From Felis catus (Eukaryota), in contig NC_058376.1 of assembly GCF_018350175.1 (NCBI RefSeq), positions 992,001 through 1,056,000 of the forward strand: a stretch of 64,000 nucleotides of DNA. The letters are read 5' to 3'. Numbering within the stretch: the first letter of the stretch is position 1; each line of letters begins with the position of its first letter. The notes below the pieces were generated by a model that was given only the letters and a program-made list of their open reading frames with translations, searched no databases and was not told where the DNA came from. Shown here piece after piece: positions 37,030 through 48,349 of this stretch. The translations under genes and the position numbers were made by a program.

Positions 37030-37270
37030 AGAAAATCTCCCTCATCTCGACTCCTGTCGTGCTTCCGGTGTCCGACTTCCTCTAGCTCCGACTTGTAGGT
37101 CCAGACTTAGCGGGCGCATGCCATGGGGCAGGCCCACCCAGATCATCGTCCTTCTGAAGGTGATCACCTTCAGAAACCTTAACTACTTCCACGCAATCCC
37201 CTTCCCGGGTAACACAACACAACCAGGGGTCTCGTCCCACGTCCCGGCCGTGCTCAAGGAGGAAATTTCA
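37030..37270 (-). mobile_element. Highly diverged MLT1 remnant
   Basis: Contains ggcaggcccacccagatcat…aaccttaactacttccacgcaatccc…gtaacacaacaca, similar to MLT1E/F. Confidence 0.4.
37152..37175. repeat. Perfect 24-bp palindrome TTCTGAAGGTGATCACCTTCAGAA
   Basis: Checked base by base against its reverse complement. Confidence 0.98.
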
Positions 37271-38659
37271 GCAAGGTTTGCGTCCCAGGGTGAAAATTGA
37301 GGGGGCCGCCGCCCTAGAACTCTGCCCACCGCGAGTCGTCGCCCGACTCGGTGTTAGGTTCTCCAGGAAGGGGTCCTGGGGATCGATCCAGAGGCAGAAG
37401 GGGCAGGCGGGCCTCCCTCCTCCGGCACATCAGGGGGGCACCAGCGGGGCAGGAGGAGGAGGGGGCCAGGGCGGGGGCGGCTCCCTTTCCCAGGGTCAAG
37501 TGGAACGAAGCAGCCTTTCCGGGAGGAGGCACACGTGGGGACGGCAGCACCTCCATCAGCCGCGCCTTCGCCAGGCGGGCTGCTCTCAGACCCCGAGAGG
37601 ACATTCCCCTGGGGCGGGGGGACTCCCCGGCCTGTGATCCTGCCCCTGGGGGGCTGCTCTTCAGAGGACCCTCAACTCGATGGCCTGGGCTAATCCCCAT
37701 GACTCATGCTCTCAGACTCAGCTCCTCATTCTAAATAGGGACCAGAAAATACCCACCTTTCAGTGTTGTGAGAAGTACTCTGTAATTTGCCAAGTGCTAT
37801 ATACAAATGAAGGATTTTCAGCCTTATTTTCCAGGATAATTCTAGAGTAGGAACAGGAGCTAAGAGAAGGGAACAGAGAAAAGCGTGTGCAAGGCATTCA
37901 CGGTATTATTTCTCCCGGCAGGAGTCCTGACAAATAGTGTCCAGGTCGAACAAGGCCAGGACTTGCTGATCTGCTGATGTGCTTGCCGGTGGGCCGGGGG
38001 GCAAGGCGGCCTTGTGCTATGTGCTCTGGGAAGCCCAGCGTCCCCGACCGCCCGCTAGCGCGCAGGGCCGGGGGCCTGCCGGGAAGAGCTGGTCCTTCCG
38101 GCCGTGGCCCTCCTGGGAAATGCCACCAGACCGGCTCTGGTCACCCCTCCACCCCTTCCCGCCCTGGCGCCCCGAGAGCGCCCCACCCAGACGGCCCCAG
38201 CTCGCCGAGGAACCTGCAGAGGCGGCAGGACAGCGAGGCTCCAGACAAGGAGCCAGCTCTGCACTTCAGTGAGGACCGGCCGGGGAGCCCGACCCTGGCG
38301 TCCGTGAAGGTGCGGCTCTGGGGAAATGACCCCTAGTGCTGCTCCTGCCCCTCACTCTTCCTCCCCTCGCCCCCGCTCTCTGATCCCCCCCCGCAATGAC
38401 CCCTGTCCTACACAAAGCCTTTCCCGGGGGGTCTCAGACCCTCCCCTACCACATGCACAGCTCCCTTCACCCCTTCCTCCATCCCTGCCAGCTCCCCAGG
38501 TGCTGGCTCCAGGCCAGGCCCACAGAGCAAGGCTGTGTAGCTCCCAGACGCACAGCTTCCTGCCCCTGGCTCATGTTTGCATTTGAACTTTCTGCGGAGA
38601 GGGTGATGGTGACAACACCTCACTCCCTGCACCAGCACAAAACCAATCCAGGCTTCTCT

Positions 38660-38895
38660 CTGACCTCTCCTCGGACCTCCCCTCAGGGCTCCCCTCAGGG
38701 CCTCCTCTCTTGACCTCCCCTCTTCACCTTCCCTCAGGACCTCCCCTCATGACCTCCCCTCTTGACCTCCCCTCAGGGTCTCCCCTCTTGACCTTCCCTC
38801 AGGGCCTCCCCTCAGGGCCTCTCCTCAGGGCCTCCCCTCATAGCTTCCCTTCAGGCCTCTCCTTATGGCCTCTCCTCAGACTTCCCCTCAGGAAC
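38660..38895. repeat. 13-bp C-rich minisatellite, about 18 degenerate copies of gacctcccctcag
   Basis: Direct reading of the sequence. Confidence 0.9.
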
Positions 38896-39013
38896 CCTAC
38901 CTCTTCCCTAAGTAAAGGAGCAAGAAAAACTACTGCTGTCCGGGGTGAAACCGTTCTGAGGGGCAAACGATAAACAAAGTAAACATGTGAACAGAATAAA
39001 CCGGAAATGCACA

Positions 39014-39206
39014 GGGGCACCTAGGTGGCTCAGTCGGTTGAGCATCCGGCTCTTGGTTTTGGCCCAGGTCATGATTTCATGGCTCATGGGATCAAGCCCC
39101 ACATCGGGCTCTGGGCTGACAGTGTGGAGCCTGCTCGGGATTCTCTCTCTCCTCCTCTGCCCCTCCCTGCTCTCTCTCTTTCCCCACCAAAAATAAACTT
39201 TAAAAA
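39014..39206 (+). mobile_element. Carnivore SINE
   Basis: Head, body and tail are present. TSD reads aaatgcaca / aaatacaca. Confidence 0.93.
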
Positions 39207-39268
39207 AAATACACAAAGAAAATAAAAACATAGGCAAAATTAAAAATAAGACCGTTTCATCAAAGTAA

Positions 39269-39464
39269 TTTTTAAAATATTTTTTATTTTTGAGAGAGAG
39301 AGTACGAGCCAGGGAGGGGCAGAGAGGAGGACAGAGGATCCGAAGCAGGTTCCGCGCTGACAGCGGTGAGCCTGACGTGGGGCTCAAACTCCAGAACTGC
39401 AAGATCGCGACCTGAGCCAAAGTCGGACGGGACACTCAGCCGACTGAGCCACCCAGGCACTCCC
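39269..39464 (-). mobile_element. Carnivore SINE
   Basis: Reverse complement gives SINE head, body and tail. Confidence 0.93.
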
Positions 39465-40858
39465 AAAACAAGAACTGTTTTAAAAGCCTGTCCAACAGCA
39501 GGAGCAAAACAATACGTAACCCTACTAGCACGGTCACCGCGGCCAGAAGAAAGGCGAGCTCTGCCGGCCTGGAGCCTCGCGGCGGCCCCGCACAAACCGC
39601 TCTCACGCAGCGGCGGCAGGCGAGCCTCAGGCTGAAGGTACAGTCACGAGGTAGGAAACAGAAAGTAAAACTCGGTCTATTTTTTGAAGTGGCTCTGCAA
39701 GTAACTCTGATTAGCTCACGGGAGAAGCTCAATACAACAAAAGTTTCCAAACAAAATAAAGATTTTTGTTTCCCCATTATAATTGTCTGATGCAGATTTT
39801 TTTACTCTTCATTGAAAACAAGAAAACTTGTTTCAATAAAGTGACAAAGAACTCAAGGATTCAAGAGAAACATCCGAGTATTAATTAGAGACAGAAAGTC
39901 TAGCCACGCTTCAACCATGACAGACTTTGCCCTGGTGACCTTGCGGCTGGCCGGCTCTGGCACCTTCCGACCTTTCCTTGCTTTATTCTCTAACCTCCAC
40001 CCGCTCCCCAGAAGCCCTGCCCTGCCCTGCCCAGATCCTCACACCCTTCCTGCTCCCACCTCCCTGCAGGCCTCCCCTCCCTCTGAAGCCAGAACACTCC
40101 AGAAGCACAAACCCCATCTGCCCTTACAATGCTCAGGCCTCCCGCTGCCCAGGAGAAAGTGCACGTCCTCTAGCTGAGCCCTCCCCTGCCCTCAAACCGT
40201 CCACACCACTCCATCCCTTCCCCACACCCTGCTGACTGCACCCCACCCTGAGCCTCACAAAGGCCTTGTCCCCCCGGCCATCACAGCCCTGCGTCCATGC
40301 AGAGACTGGGAAATGCAAAGATCTTTCATGAACACGAAGCCAAGAAGAGGCAAACGAAGGAGGGTAAGGCATCAGAGCTATTTTATGCTTTGAAAGATCA
40401 ACCTGACCACAGGCGACCAGCCCGTGGGTCGCGAGGGACCGGCAGGCAGGGACCTCCAACGCCAGCTCACCAGCCCCAGCGACGGGGCCGTACGCCCTGC
40501 TAGAGCCGCAAAGCGGGCAGGAAGAGCCCCACCGTGGGGCCGCTGTGAGGAGGCGGAGGAGGGCAGCGGGAGCCAAGCAGCATCTGTGCCCCTGGCGGGA
40601 GGCACCCCAGCAGGGAGCTTCCTCCCCCCACCCAGCTGGGGGTCGTGCCGGGTCGTGAGGGTGCCCTTAAGGAAAAGGAGGGGGAGTTCCCAGGGAGCTC
40701 CCAGAGGGCCGGCTGGCACCGCGGGGCAACTGACCGGCCCAGTAGACGTCACTGCTGGGCACGGGAGGGAAGCGCACCCTGAGAGTCACAAACAAGGTTA
40801 CTTTTTGGAGTAAGATGATTTCAAACTTTGGGACATGAGGGTCTGCACGTTCACATAC

Positions 40859-40980
40859 CGCTTTGCCGTTTCCCCACGGGATTAGGTCACCTTGTGCTGC
40901 CGGCACGAGCCAAACATTTGCGACGTAAGCAGTCAGCACAGGCAGTGATGGGCCCCGAATGGCACACACCGTCCAGAATC
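40859..40980 (-). other. Candidate exon (122 nt), gene unidentified
   Basis: Acceptor is ttttctgcttttgacttcgttttctctgcaag| and donor is GCG|gtatgt. One frame is fully open (FWTVCAIRGPSLPVLTAYVANVWLVPAAQGDLIPWGNGKA). Confidence 0.3.
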
Positions 40981-42759
40981 CTTGCAGAGAAAACGAAGTC
41001 AAAAGCAGAAAACGTGCAAGCAGCCTACGAGCGGAGTGGAGCACGGGCAGCGTGCTGGGATCGGTCCTATGAGAAAACGTGTGACGTGAAGCGAGAGTAA
41101 ACAAAGTGATCGCGACCAGCACAAAGCTAGAGGCGACCGTCGCCGGGGGTGGAGGGGGGTCCCCGTCCTCGCGGAGAAAGCACATGCAGTGAGGACGCGG
41201 GGTGTCTGCAACCCTGCCTGGGCTGATTCCCTCCCCCGCGGTCACCTTCGCCCCTTCCACAGCAGGAGGCCACTGCAGCCAGTGCTGTGGGGACGGAGGG
41301 GCCAGGGAGGCCAGGCCAGGGGCCTGGGGCAGCACTGAGGGTCCACACGAGGCTGGATGCCACAGATGCGTCAGTCCACGAGGCGGCCTCCAGCGGCAGT
41401 TAGATCCAGGACGAGAGTCCCGAGGCGCAGGCGTGACAAAGACACAAGGGCGTAAGGAAGGCAGCGCCGCGGGCAGATGAGAACGTCCAGGTTCAGGCTC
41501 GGGTGAGCAGGCACGACAACAAGAATGAGCCAGGTCCAGGGGCTTCTGTGTTCAGCTGCCCCATCCCCCAGAAGGAGATCCCGGGTGGGGATGGAGGGAA
41601 AGTCAGCTGTCAGCCACAAGGGCCGGGATAGGGGAACCGTAGGGAGAGCCGATAGCAGAGGGACAGTGTGGCCTGAAAGAAGGGACTCCCTCCTGGGCAG
41701 TGGCCTGGGGCAGGTCCATGTCAGGGGACACGGGCGCGCGCACAGCAGCACAGGTGCCGGGCCCGAGGGCACCGCGCGGCAGCCGCCGGTGACCACGACG
41801 GGCGGCAGAGAGCAAGGAAGGTCTGGCCGTGCAGGTGGGGCAGAGGCGTGGCGCGGAGGGGCCTCGAGGTCACGGTCAAGCCCACGTCTCGAGAAGCGCC
41901 CGTGTCGGTGCGGCCAGGCCTGAGTCCTGTCTCAGAGTCTCTTGAGCACAAAACACGCACATGGACCGCTCCATCCTCGGCCAGCCGAGGTGACGATTTC
42001 CAGGGTCTGCAGACTGCACGACTCCTCTTCTGCCACGGCCACGTCTCTCCTTCAGCTGGTCCGAGGTCGCCGCCAGGACGCGGCCCACGGGGCTCAGAGC
42101 CCACAGGCCAACTCCTGTGTCCCGCTCTTGGTGGTCACGGGGTGACCCCTGCCAGGGGCTGGCTGTGCTCGGGGTGGAAGCAGAAAGCTCCAAATGAGAA
42201 GCCGCAGTGCGGTGTGTCTGGCCCCGGGCTGTCCAGAGCTCAGCTCGACCCCCTCTCTCCGTGCCCCCTGCCCTCGGGCCTCCTCGCCACACGGTCGTCG
42301 GTGCTGCCGCAACCAAGCCACTCGGGGGCGTGAACCGGAAGTCCACGGAGAAGCACACGGGTGCTGTGGCTGGTTTACAGCAGACGGTGGAGAGGGGTGA
42401 CTCCGGCCACATTGAGGCACCGCCCAGGCGGCCGACCTTCCGCCAGACACCAGGCCAGGCCCCCTGGGCTCAGAAACCCGACGTGACTCCAAGAGGCTGC
42501 TTGTCCTCCTGTCATTACATTTTTTATTATGTTCTCAGGCATGTATTTATTTTAATTGGAATGACAGCTGGAAGGTAACAATGGGAAACAAAAACAGAGA
42601 AAGCCTAGTTCCAGTGCCCCGGCTGCAGGTGGCTCTCACGGTGATCTGGGCACCGGCCCTCTGCCCCGGCCTGCTTGTGGGTCCCCCATCTGGCCCCACT
42701 CCCCAGGTGCCGGGGGGAGATCTGTCCCAAGGAGAAGGGCCATCATGTTCTCCACTGAA

Positions 42760-43090
42760 GAATTCACTGTACTTCTTTGTCGGACAACTTTTTATCATGA
42801 TATAATAATCCCAAACTTCGAGAAAAGTTTTCTAAATTATTCCCAAGAACTTCTATACATCCTTTGGTTGTTGTGGTTGCTCCCCACGTCCTCACTCATT
42901 CATTATTCGTTCATTGTCCTCATTAATCCACACCACCCGAGAGCGATTGCAAGCATACTCCTTGACTCCGAATACGTTAGTGTATGTTTCCTAAAAACAA
43001 GGACATCGGCTAGCCACAGTCCGGAGACCAAACCCAGAGCATTTAACATCGATACGATGCTGTCGCCCGATTCCCTGACCACCCGCTCAC
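42760..43090 (-). mobile_element. L1MC-like 3' fragment
   Basis: Contains tagtgtatgtttcctaaaaacaaggacat…atttaacatcgatacgatgct. Confidence 0.55.
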
Positions 43091-44286
43091 CAGGCCCTGC
43101 GGCCAGACACACTCCGGCTTCAGGCATTAAGCCTGTGTGTGTTAACACTTCATAAAAATAACAGAAGAGGGCATTCTAGAGCCGTGAAATTGGCAACGCT
43201 ATCACAAATCATGCCTCCCTTCTCAGAAGTTTAGGAAAATGAACTTCAGGTGAAGTCAAATCCCACACAAAAATTTTGTAAAGATAAAGTAAGAAATAAA
43301 ATCACATCCCTACTGGCATTAAACATATACCATAGAGACATGCTAACAACAACAAGACTTACGATGGGGGGAGAGACGAAAAATCACTCGGAAAAACTCA
43401 AAAATTAGGTCACAGAACTCAGGAAAGAATCGGAATGAAACCTTATTTCAAAAAACCTAGATGAAATTGGACGACACGCCAGATTGAATGAACAACAGAG
43501 GAAGACAGCAGACAGAAAACTTTCAGAAACGGAAAGGAAAACGAGCACCGTGAGGCCAAGGCGGATGCCCACGCAGAGCGGAGGGCGGCCCGCAGTCACC
43601 GCTCAACGCGCTCTTCTGAAATCACACGGGGCTTACTTAGCACTAAACGCGTCGTCGGGGCTGAGCCGCGGACGGTTTATGGCGCATCTGTCTTCAGAAG
43701 GAAGTTACCTAGAAATGATTTTAAGATTACTTGCCCTATTTTCATATCGCAACCTGCTGATCTCATAAAATGACGAGGGGAACTTTCTTACTTTTCTTCT
43801 GTACTATAAGACAACTTACGTGCCTCAAAAATTGTGTTTCCTGTATACGCCAGGATGTGTAGGGCCGTTCCAGGGGCACACGAGCAGGGGTCTCTGAGCG
43901 CCGCCTTGGTCACTTCCACGGTGACAGGTTGTTCAGACTTTCTACATCATATTGAGGCAATTTTGTGAATTTCATTTTTCTAGAAAATTATTCATTTTAT
44001 CTAGATTTTCCAATTCCTTCACACAGAGTTTAGATAGCAGACTCTGAAAGTTTTCATAACTTTCGCAAATGCGGTGACATCTACTTTCTGGTTGCCCCGG
44101 TTTTAAAGTTTTGCCTTTTCCCTGCCTTGATCAAAGTTGCTAACACAGTTTCAGGGCCTCGTGGTCTTTCTCCAGAATGACGGCACCAACCAGCACGTTT
44201 TCATGTTCTACTGCAGTTATCGCTACCTTCACCTTCATTAATTTCTCCTATTTGGTCTTAATTATCTCATAATTCTTTCTCTAACA

Positions 44287-44660
44287 TTTATTTTTTATTA
44301 TTTAAATCCAAGTTAGTTAACATATAGTGTAGTATTGGCTTCAGGAGTAGAATTCAGCGATTCGTCACTTACATACAACACCCAGCGCTCATCCCCCATT
44401 TTGCCCATCCCCCCACCTGCCTCCCTCCTTCAACCCTCAGTTTGTTCTCTATCATTAATAGTCTCTTATGGTTTGCTTCCCTCTCCCTTTTTATCTTATT
44501 TTATTTTTTCTTCCTTTCCCCTATGTTCATTTATTTTGTTTCTTAAATTCCACATATGAGTGAAATTATATGATATTTGTCCTTCGTTGACTGACTTATT
44601 TCACTTTGCATAATACACTCTAGCTCCATCCACGTCGTTGCCAATGGTAAGATTTCTCTT
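44287..44660 (-). mobile_element. Carnivore L1 3' end
   Basis: Contains agttagttaacatatagtgtagtatt…tcaggagtagaattcag…atatgagtgaaattatatg…tccatccacgtcgttgccaatgg. Confidence 0.92.
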
Positions 44661-44869
44661 TATCCCATTTAACGTGTTTTATCTTTTTCTCGGAAACAAT
44701 GTTGCTAGGCCTGCTTTCCTGTGATCAGCATTTGCTTAGTACCCTTCCCATTAATAAATTTTCTGTTTCTGTGTCATTTTTAAGACAATCTGAGTTGTGC
44801 CTTTTAATAGAGAAATTTAACATATATATGAGCTAACGTCTACATAATGTCTTGCCATATATATATTTT

Positions 44870-45095
44870 AAAGGAATTTTATTATTTTTATTATTTTTCT
44901 AATGTTTGTTTTTGAGTGAGAGACAGAGTGTGAACAGGGGAGGGACCGAGAGAGAGGGAGATACAGAATCTAAAGGGGACTCCAGGCTCTGAGCTGTCAG
45001 TACAGAGCCTGACACAGGGCTTAAACTCAGTAGCCATGAGATCATGAGCTGAGCCGAAGTCGGATGTTTAACCGACTGAGCCACCGAGGCGCCCC
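44870..45095 (-). mobile_element. Carnivore SINE
   Basis: Reverse complement gives SINE head, body and tail. Confidence 0.93.
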
Positions 45096-45610
45096 TTGCC
45101 TTGTATATTTTCTATGATTTGTACTTCTAATTTTTCTTTTCTGTTCTACCTTTCGGAAACTAAATCAGGTCTTCTTTGTTCCAGAGTTTTTCCTCTACAA
45201 GATTTGAAGATGCCCAATCTATGCCTTGACTGGTGGCTGCAAGTACATTGAGATACGCTTCGACACACATTCATGTAAGTGTGGGCTCTGGCAGGGCCCA
45301 CATATTCCCCTGAAAGACCTGGAGGTGAGGACACTTGCACTTTTCTCCTTCTTATCACCGTATAAGTACACACACATGAGATCATTTTCAACTATTATTC
45401 TAATTTGCATACAAATATACATCAAAAATTATTTAGAGCTAGCTACACGTCACACTGGATAATCGTCATTATAGATGCTTGTCTTTTTTCCACTTTGTCA
45501 AAGTCTTAGCAGGGAGTCTGGTAACCTTCGAGTCCTTGACCACCTGAAAATACCTTTCCTTTGTCCTTCTATTTGAATTTAGTCTGGGTATGTCTAAAAT
45601 TCTAGGTTTA

Positions 45611-45838
45611 GAGGCTCTTGGGTGGTTCAGTCGGTTAAGCGCCGACTTCAGCTCCGGTCAGGATTCCATGGTTCGTGGGTTTGAGCCCCACCTCAGGCTC
45701 TGTGCCGACAGCTCAGAGCCTGGAGCCTGCTTCTGATTCTGTGTCTCCCCCTCTCTCTGCCCCTCCCCCACTCACGCTCTGTCTCTCTCTCTCTCTCAAA
45801 CTAAATAAACACTTAAAAAATTAAAAATAAAATAAAAT
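45611..45838 (+). mobile_element. Carnivore SINE
   Basis: TSD reads aaaattctaggtttag / aaaattccaggtttag. Confidence 0.94.
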
Positions 45839-46198
45839 AAAATTCCAGGTTTAGAATCACTGTTCCCAAGTACGTTGAAGATACTGACCTAATTAATTCT
45901 AGACTATAAATTGATCATTGACAAATTTGATGCCAACTGAAAACCAGACTTTCCCTTTGCTGACCACTTTGGGGTGTTTTACTTGGTGGTATCTTGGAAA
46001 TCTGCCTGAATACATCCAGGCAGTACGGTTTCTCACCTCTGCTCATCACTTAGTGTCTGATGCATTCTAGTTCCGAGAAGGGTTCTTTTCCCATTACCCT
46101 TCCTCAACTTTCTCTGTCTCTACTTTCCAGACTTCTATGAACCAGAAAATGGAGCTTCTCACACTCACTTCAGTCTCACCTTGTTCTTTCACGTTCCA

Positions 46199-46925
46199 GC
46201 TCTCAAGTCCTTAAGGTCTGCATTCCAGATAGCTCAGGGTCTTCCAGATCTGTGTTCCAGGATAGATCTCAGTCCTCCAGATCTGTGTTCCCGAACAGCA
46301 CTCAGCCCCCCAGACCTGTGTTCCAGAATAGTGCTCAATTCTCCAGATCTGTGTTCCAGAATAGCTTTTGGTCCTCCAGATCCTTGTCCTAGGATAGCTC
46401 TCAGTCCTCCAGATCTGTGTTCCTGAATAGTGCTCAATTCTCCAGATCTGTGTTCCAGAATAGCTCTCAGGCCCCTAAATCTGTGTTCCAGAAGAGCACT
46501 CAGTCCTCCAGATCTGTGTTCCTAAATAGCTCTTGGTCCTCCAGATCCTTGTCCTAGAATAGCTCTCAGTCCTCCAGATCTGTGTTCCTGAATAGTGCTC
46601 AATTCTCCAGATCTGTGTTCCAGAAGAGCACTCAGTCCTCCAGATCTGTGTTCCTAAATAGCTCTTGGTCCTCCAGATCTGTGTTCCTGAATAGCCCTTG
46701 GTCCTCCAGATCCTTGTTCTAGAATAGCTCTCAGTCCTCCAGATCTGTGTTCCTGAATAGTGCTCAATTCTCCAGATCTGTGTTCCTGAACAGCTCTTAC
46801 TCCTATGGATCTGCATTTTGGAATAGCTCAGGGTCCTCTACATCTTCATTCTAGAATAGTTCTCAGTACCTAAGGATCTGTGTTCTGGAATAGCTCTGGT
46901 CTTTTAGGTCTGCATTCTGGAATGA
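46199..46925. repeat. 33-bp minisatellite, about 22 units, consensus ctctcagtcctccagatctgtgttcctgaatag
   Basis: Units were enumerated directly. There are no spacers. The variant triplet recurs every 165 bp. Confidence 0.97.
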
Positions 46926-47598
46926 TCCTTGGTATATTTGGCCAATCACTCATTCTTCCTTCATTTCTGTTCTTCAAGTCATCCTGATTATTCTACTTTG
47001 ACTGACTTTTAGTTTCCAAAACTCTTTGGTGGTTTTCTTTGAAGGAGCAATATTTTCTTCTCTTTGTGTCACTCACTCCCCCCTTGTGCATCTTCTCTTG
47101 TTCTGTTCAGTGATTCTGCTACTGGATCCCCTCAGACGCACGGAAGTCTTGGCTATGCCCACAGTTCTCCTTCAAGAGGCTTGATCTGGCTGTCACAGTC
47201 ACCAGTTCTGTTTACTCTGGTCTGTCTCTGGTGTTGAAGGGGTGGAACTTTTGTACCACACGTACCAACATCTTGTTTTCCGGAGCAGCTCCCCGTCCCT
47301 CTCTGGAGTTGGTGGCTGGCTGGACACACCGCTCGACTGCCCTGGGCCTGAACACACACTTGCAGTGGGAGTCAGGTGCACACACCCCTGACCTCGCTGC
47401 ACACACTGCAGGGTCTGGAGGGGCCGCCTGACCCTGCTCCTCTGCAACTCCTGGCGTCCGCTCATCCTGAGCTGAGTGTCTAAATTCTCATTCTTCCCTG
47501 CATCAGGCCTCTCCACTTGTCTTCTGGGATGTTTTATTCCAAAAGCATTATCAATTTCTATCTCTTAATAATCAAAACGTCTGATCTTTTGACTGCAG

Positions 47599-47705
47599 TT
47601 ATCCCTGTTTCCTCGCATGTCCTGAATTTCCGTGCCGCTGCTGTCTTAAGATGTCTGCCCTTTTGCGGATTCTGGTACGGGATGACAACAGACGAATGTT
47701 CTCAG
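47599..47705 (+). other. Candidate exon (107 nt)
   Basis: Acceptor is tctttttgactgcag| and donor is CAG|gtaacc. Confidence 0.2.
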
Positions 47706-48206
47706 GTAACCATCCTGTTCCAATCTGGTCTATGTACTGAGCCGTACTGTCTTCAAAACAAAAACAAAACAACTCCTACTTAGGTTTTCTTTTCATAGCC
47801 AGTTGATCAACTACCCAAAGTCTAGAGACACTCTTTGTAAAGATCTAGTTGATAAAATTCTTCTCAGCAGCCACGGTCTGGAGCCGTGTGTGTGTCCTCG
47901 GTCGGCTTCCCAGCCTGGCCCTGGGCAGGGTGGCCCTCAGAGGTACAGGCTGAGTGGGCCTGGGGACAGAGAGGAGGGGACACGCAGGACTCGCCCCCGT
48001 GCGCCTGGAGCGAAGCAACGCCGTGGCCGAAGAGCGTGCCCTGCCGGGCTGCTGGCGTCTGAGGCGGGGCTCAGGAGCGGACGGGGCCAGAGATGAGCTG
48101 CCTTCTCACTTTCAGGAGCAGGACCTAACCACGCAGTTGCTTTGTATTTACTTAAGACTTACCCTGCAATTTCCCTGTTGTCTGTAATTACCCTGTGTCA
48201 CCACAG

Positions 48207-48349
48207 GACACTCTCTGTGTAGTTCAACGGTTGGCAGTTACCATGGAAACAAGTACCGTTCCCTAACTTGAAAAAGTAGTCGTATGTTAACAGATGTCTT
48301 CGTTGTGTTCCACTTTGATGGAGATTTACATCGGCCACCGATTTGAAAA
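48207..48349 (+). other. Candidate exon containing an X-box and an ATG at 48294
   Basis: Acceptor is cctgtgtcaccacag|. Tandem GTAAGT donors are at 48350 and 48354. The open frame reads MSSLCSTLMEIYIGHRFE. Confidence 0.25.
48237..48250 (+). promoter_or_regulatory. RFX X-box motif GTTACCATGGAAAC
   Basis: Matches GTTRCCATGGYAAC at 13/14 positions. A CpG-rich patch lies upstream at about 47980-48090. Confidence 0.45.

Larger units (their letters stand above)
34990..37700. promoter_or_regulatory. Large CpG-island-like region
   Basis: CpG density is high. Tandem CACGTG E-boxes are at 36495-36500 and 36502-36507, with a CRE-like ccacgtcac at about 36365. Confidence 0.6.
45100..47150 (-). mobile_element. 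Ancient L1M ORF1-region fragments, hosting a SINE and the 33-bp minisatellite
   Basis: T-rich degenerate antisense L1 ORF1 segments are present (ctttccagacttcta…aatggagcttctc; cattcttccttcatttctg). Confidence 0.5.

Noticed and set aside
38660-38895. Human PRDM9 13-mer hotspot motif
   Set aside because: Only the CCTCCC prefix matches. PRDM9 specificity is also species-specific.
46199-46925. CRISPR array interpretation of the 33-bp repeats
   Set aside because: The units are contiguous with no unique spacers, there are no cas genes, and the context is mammalian.
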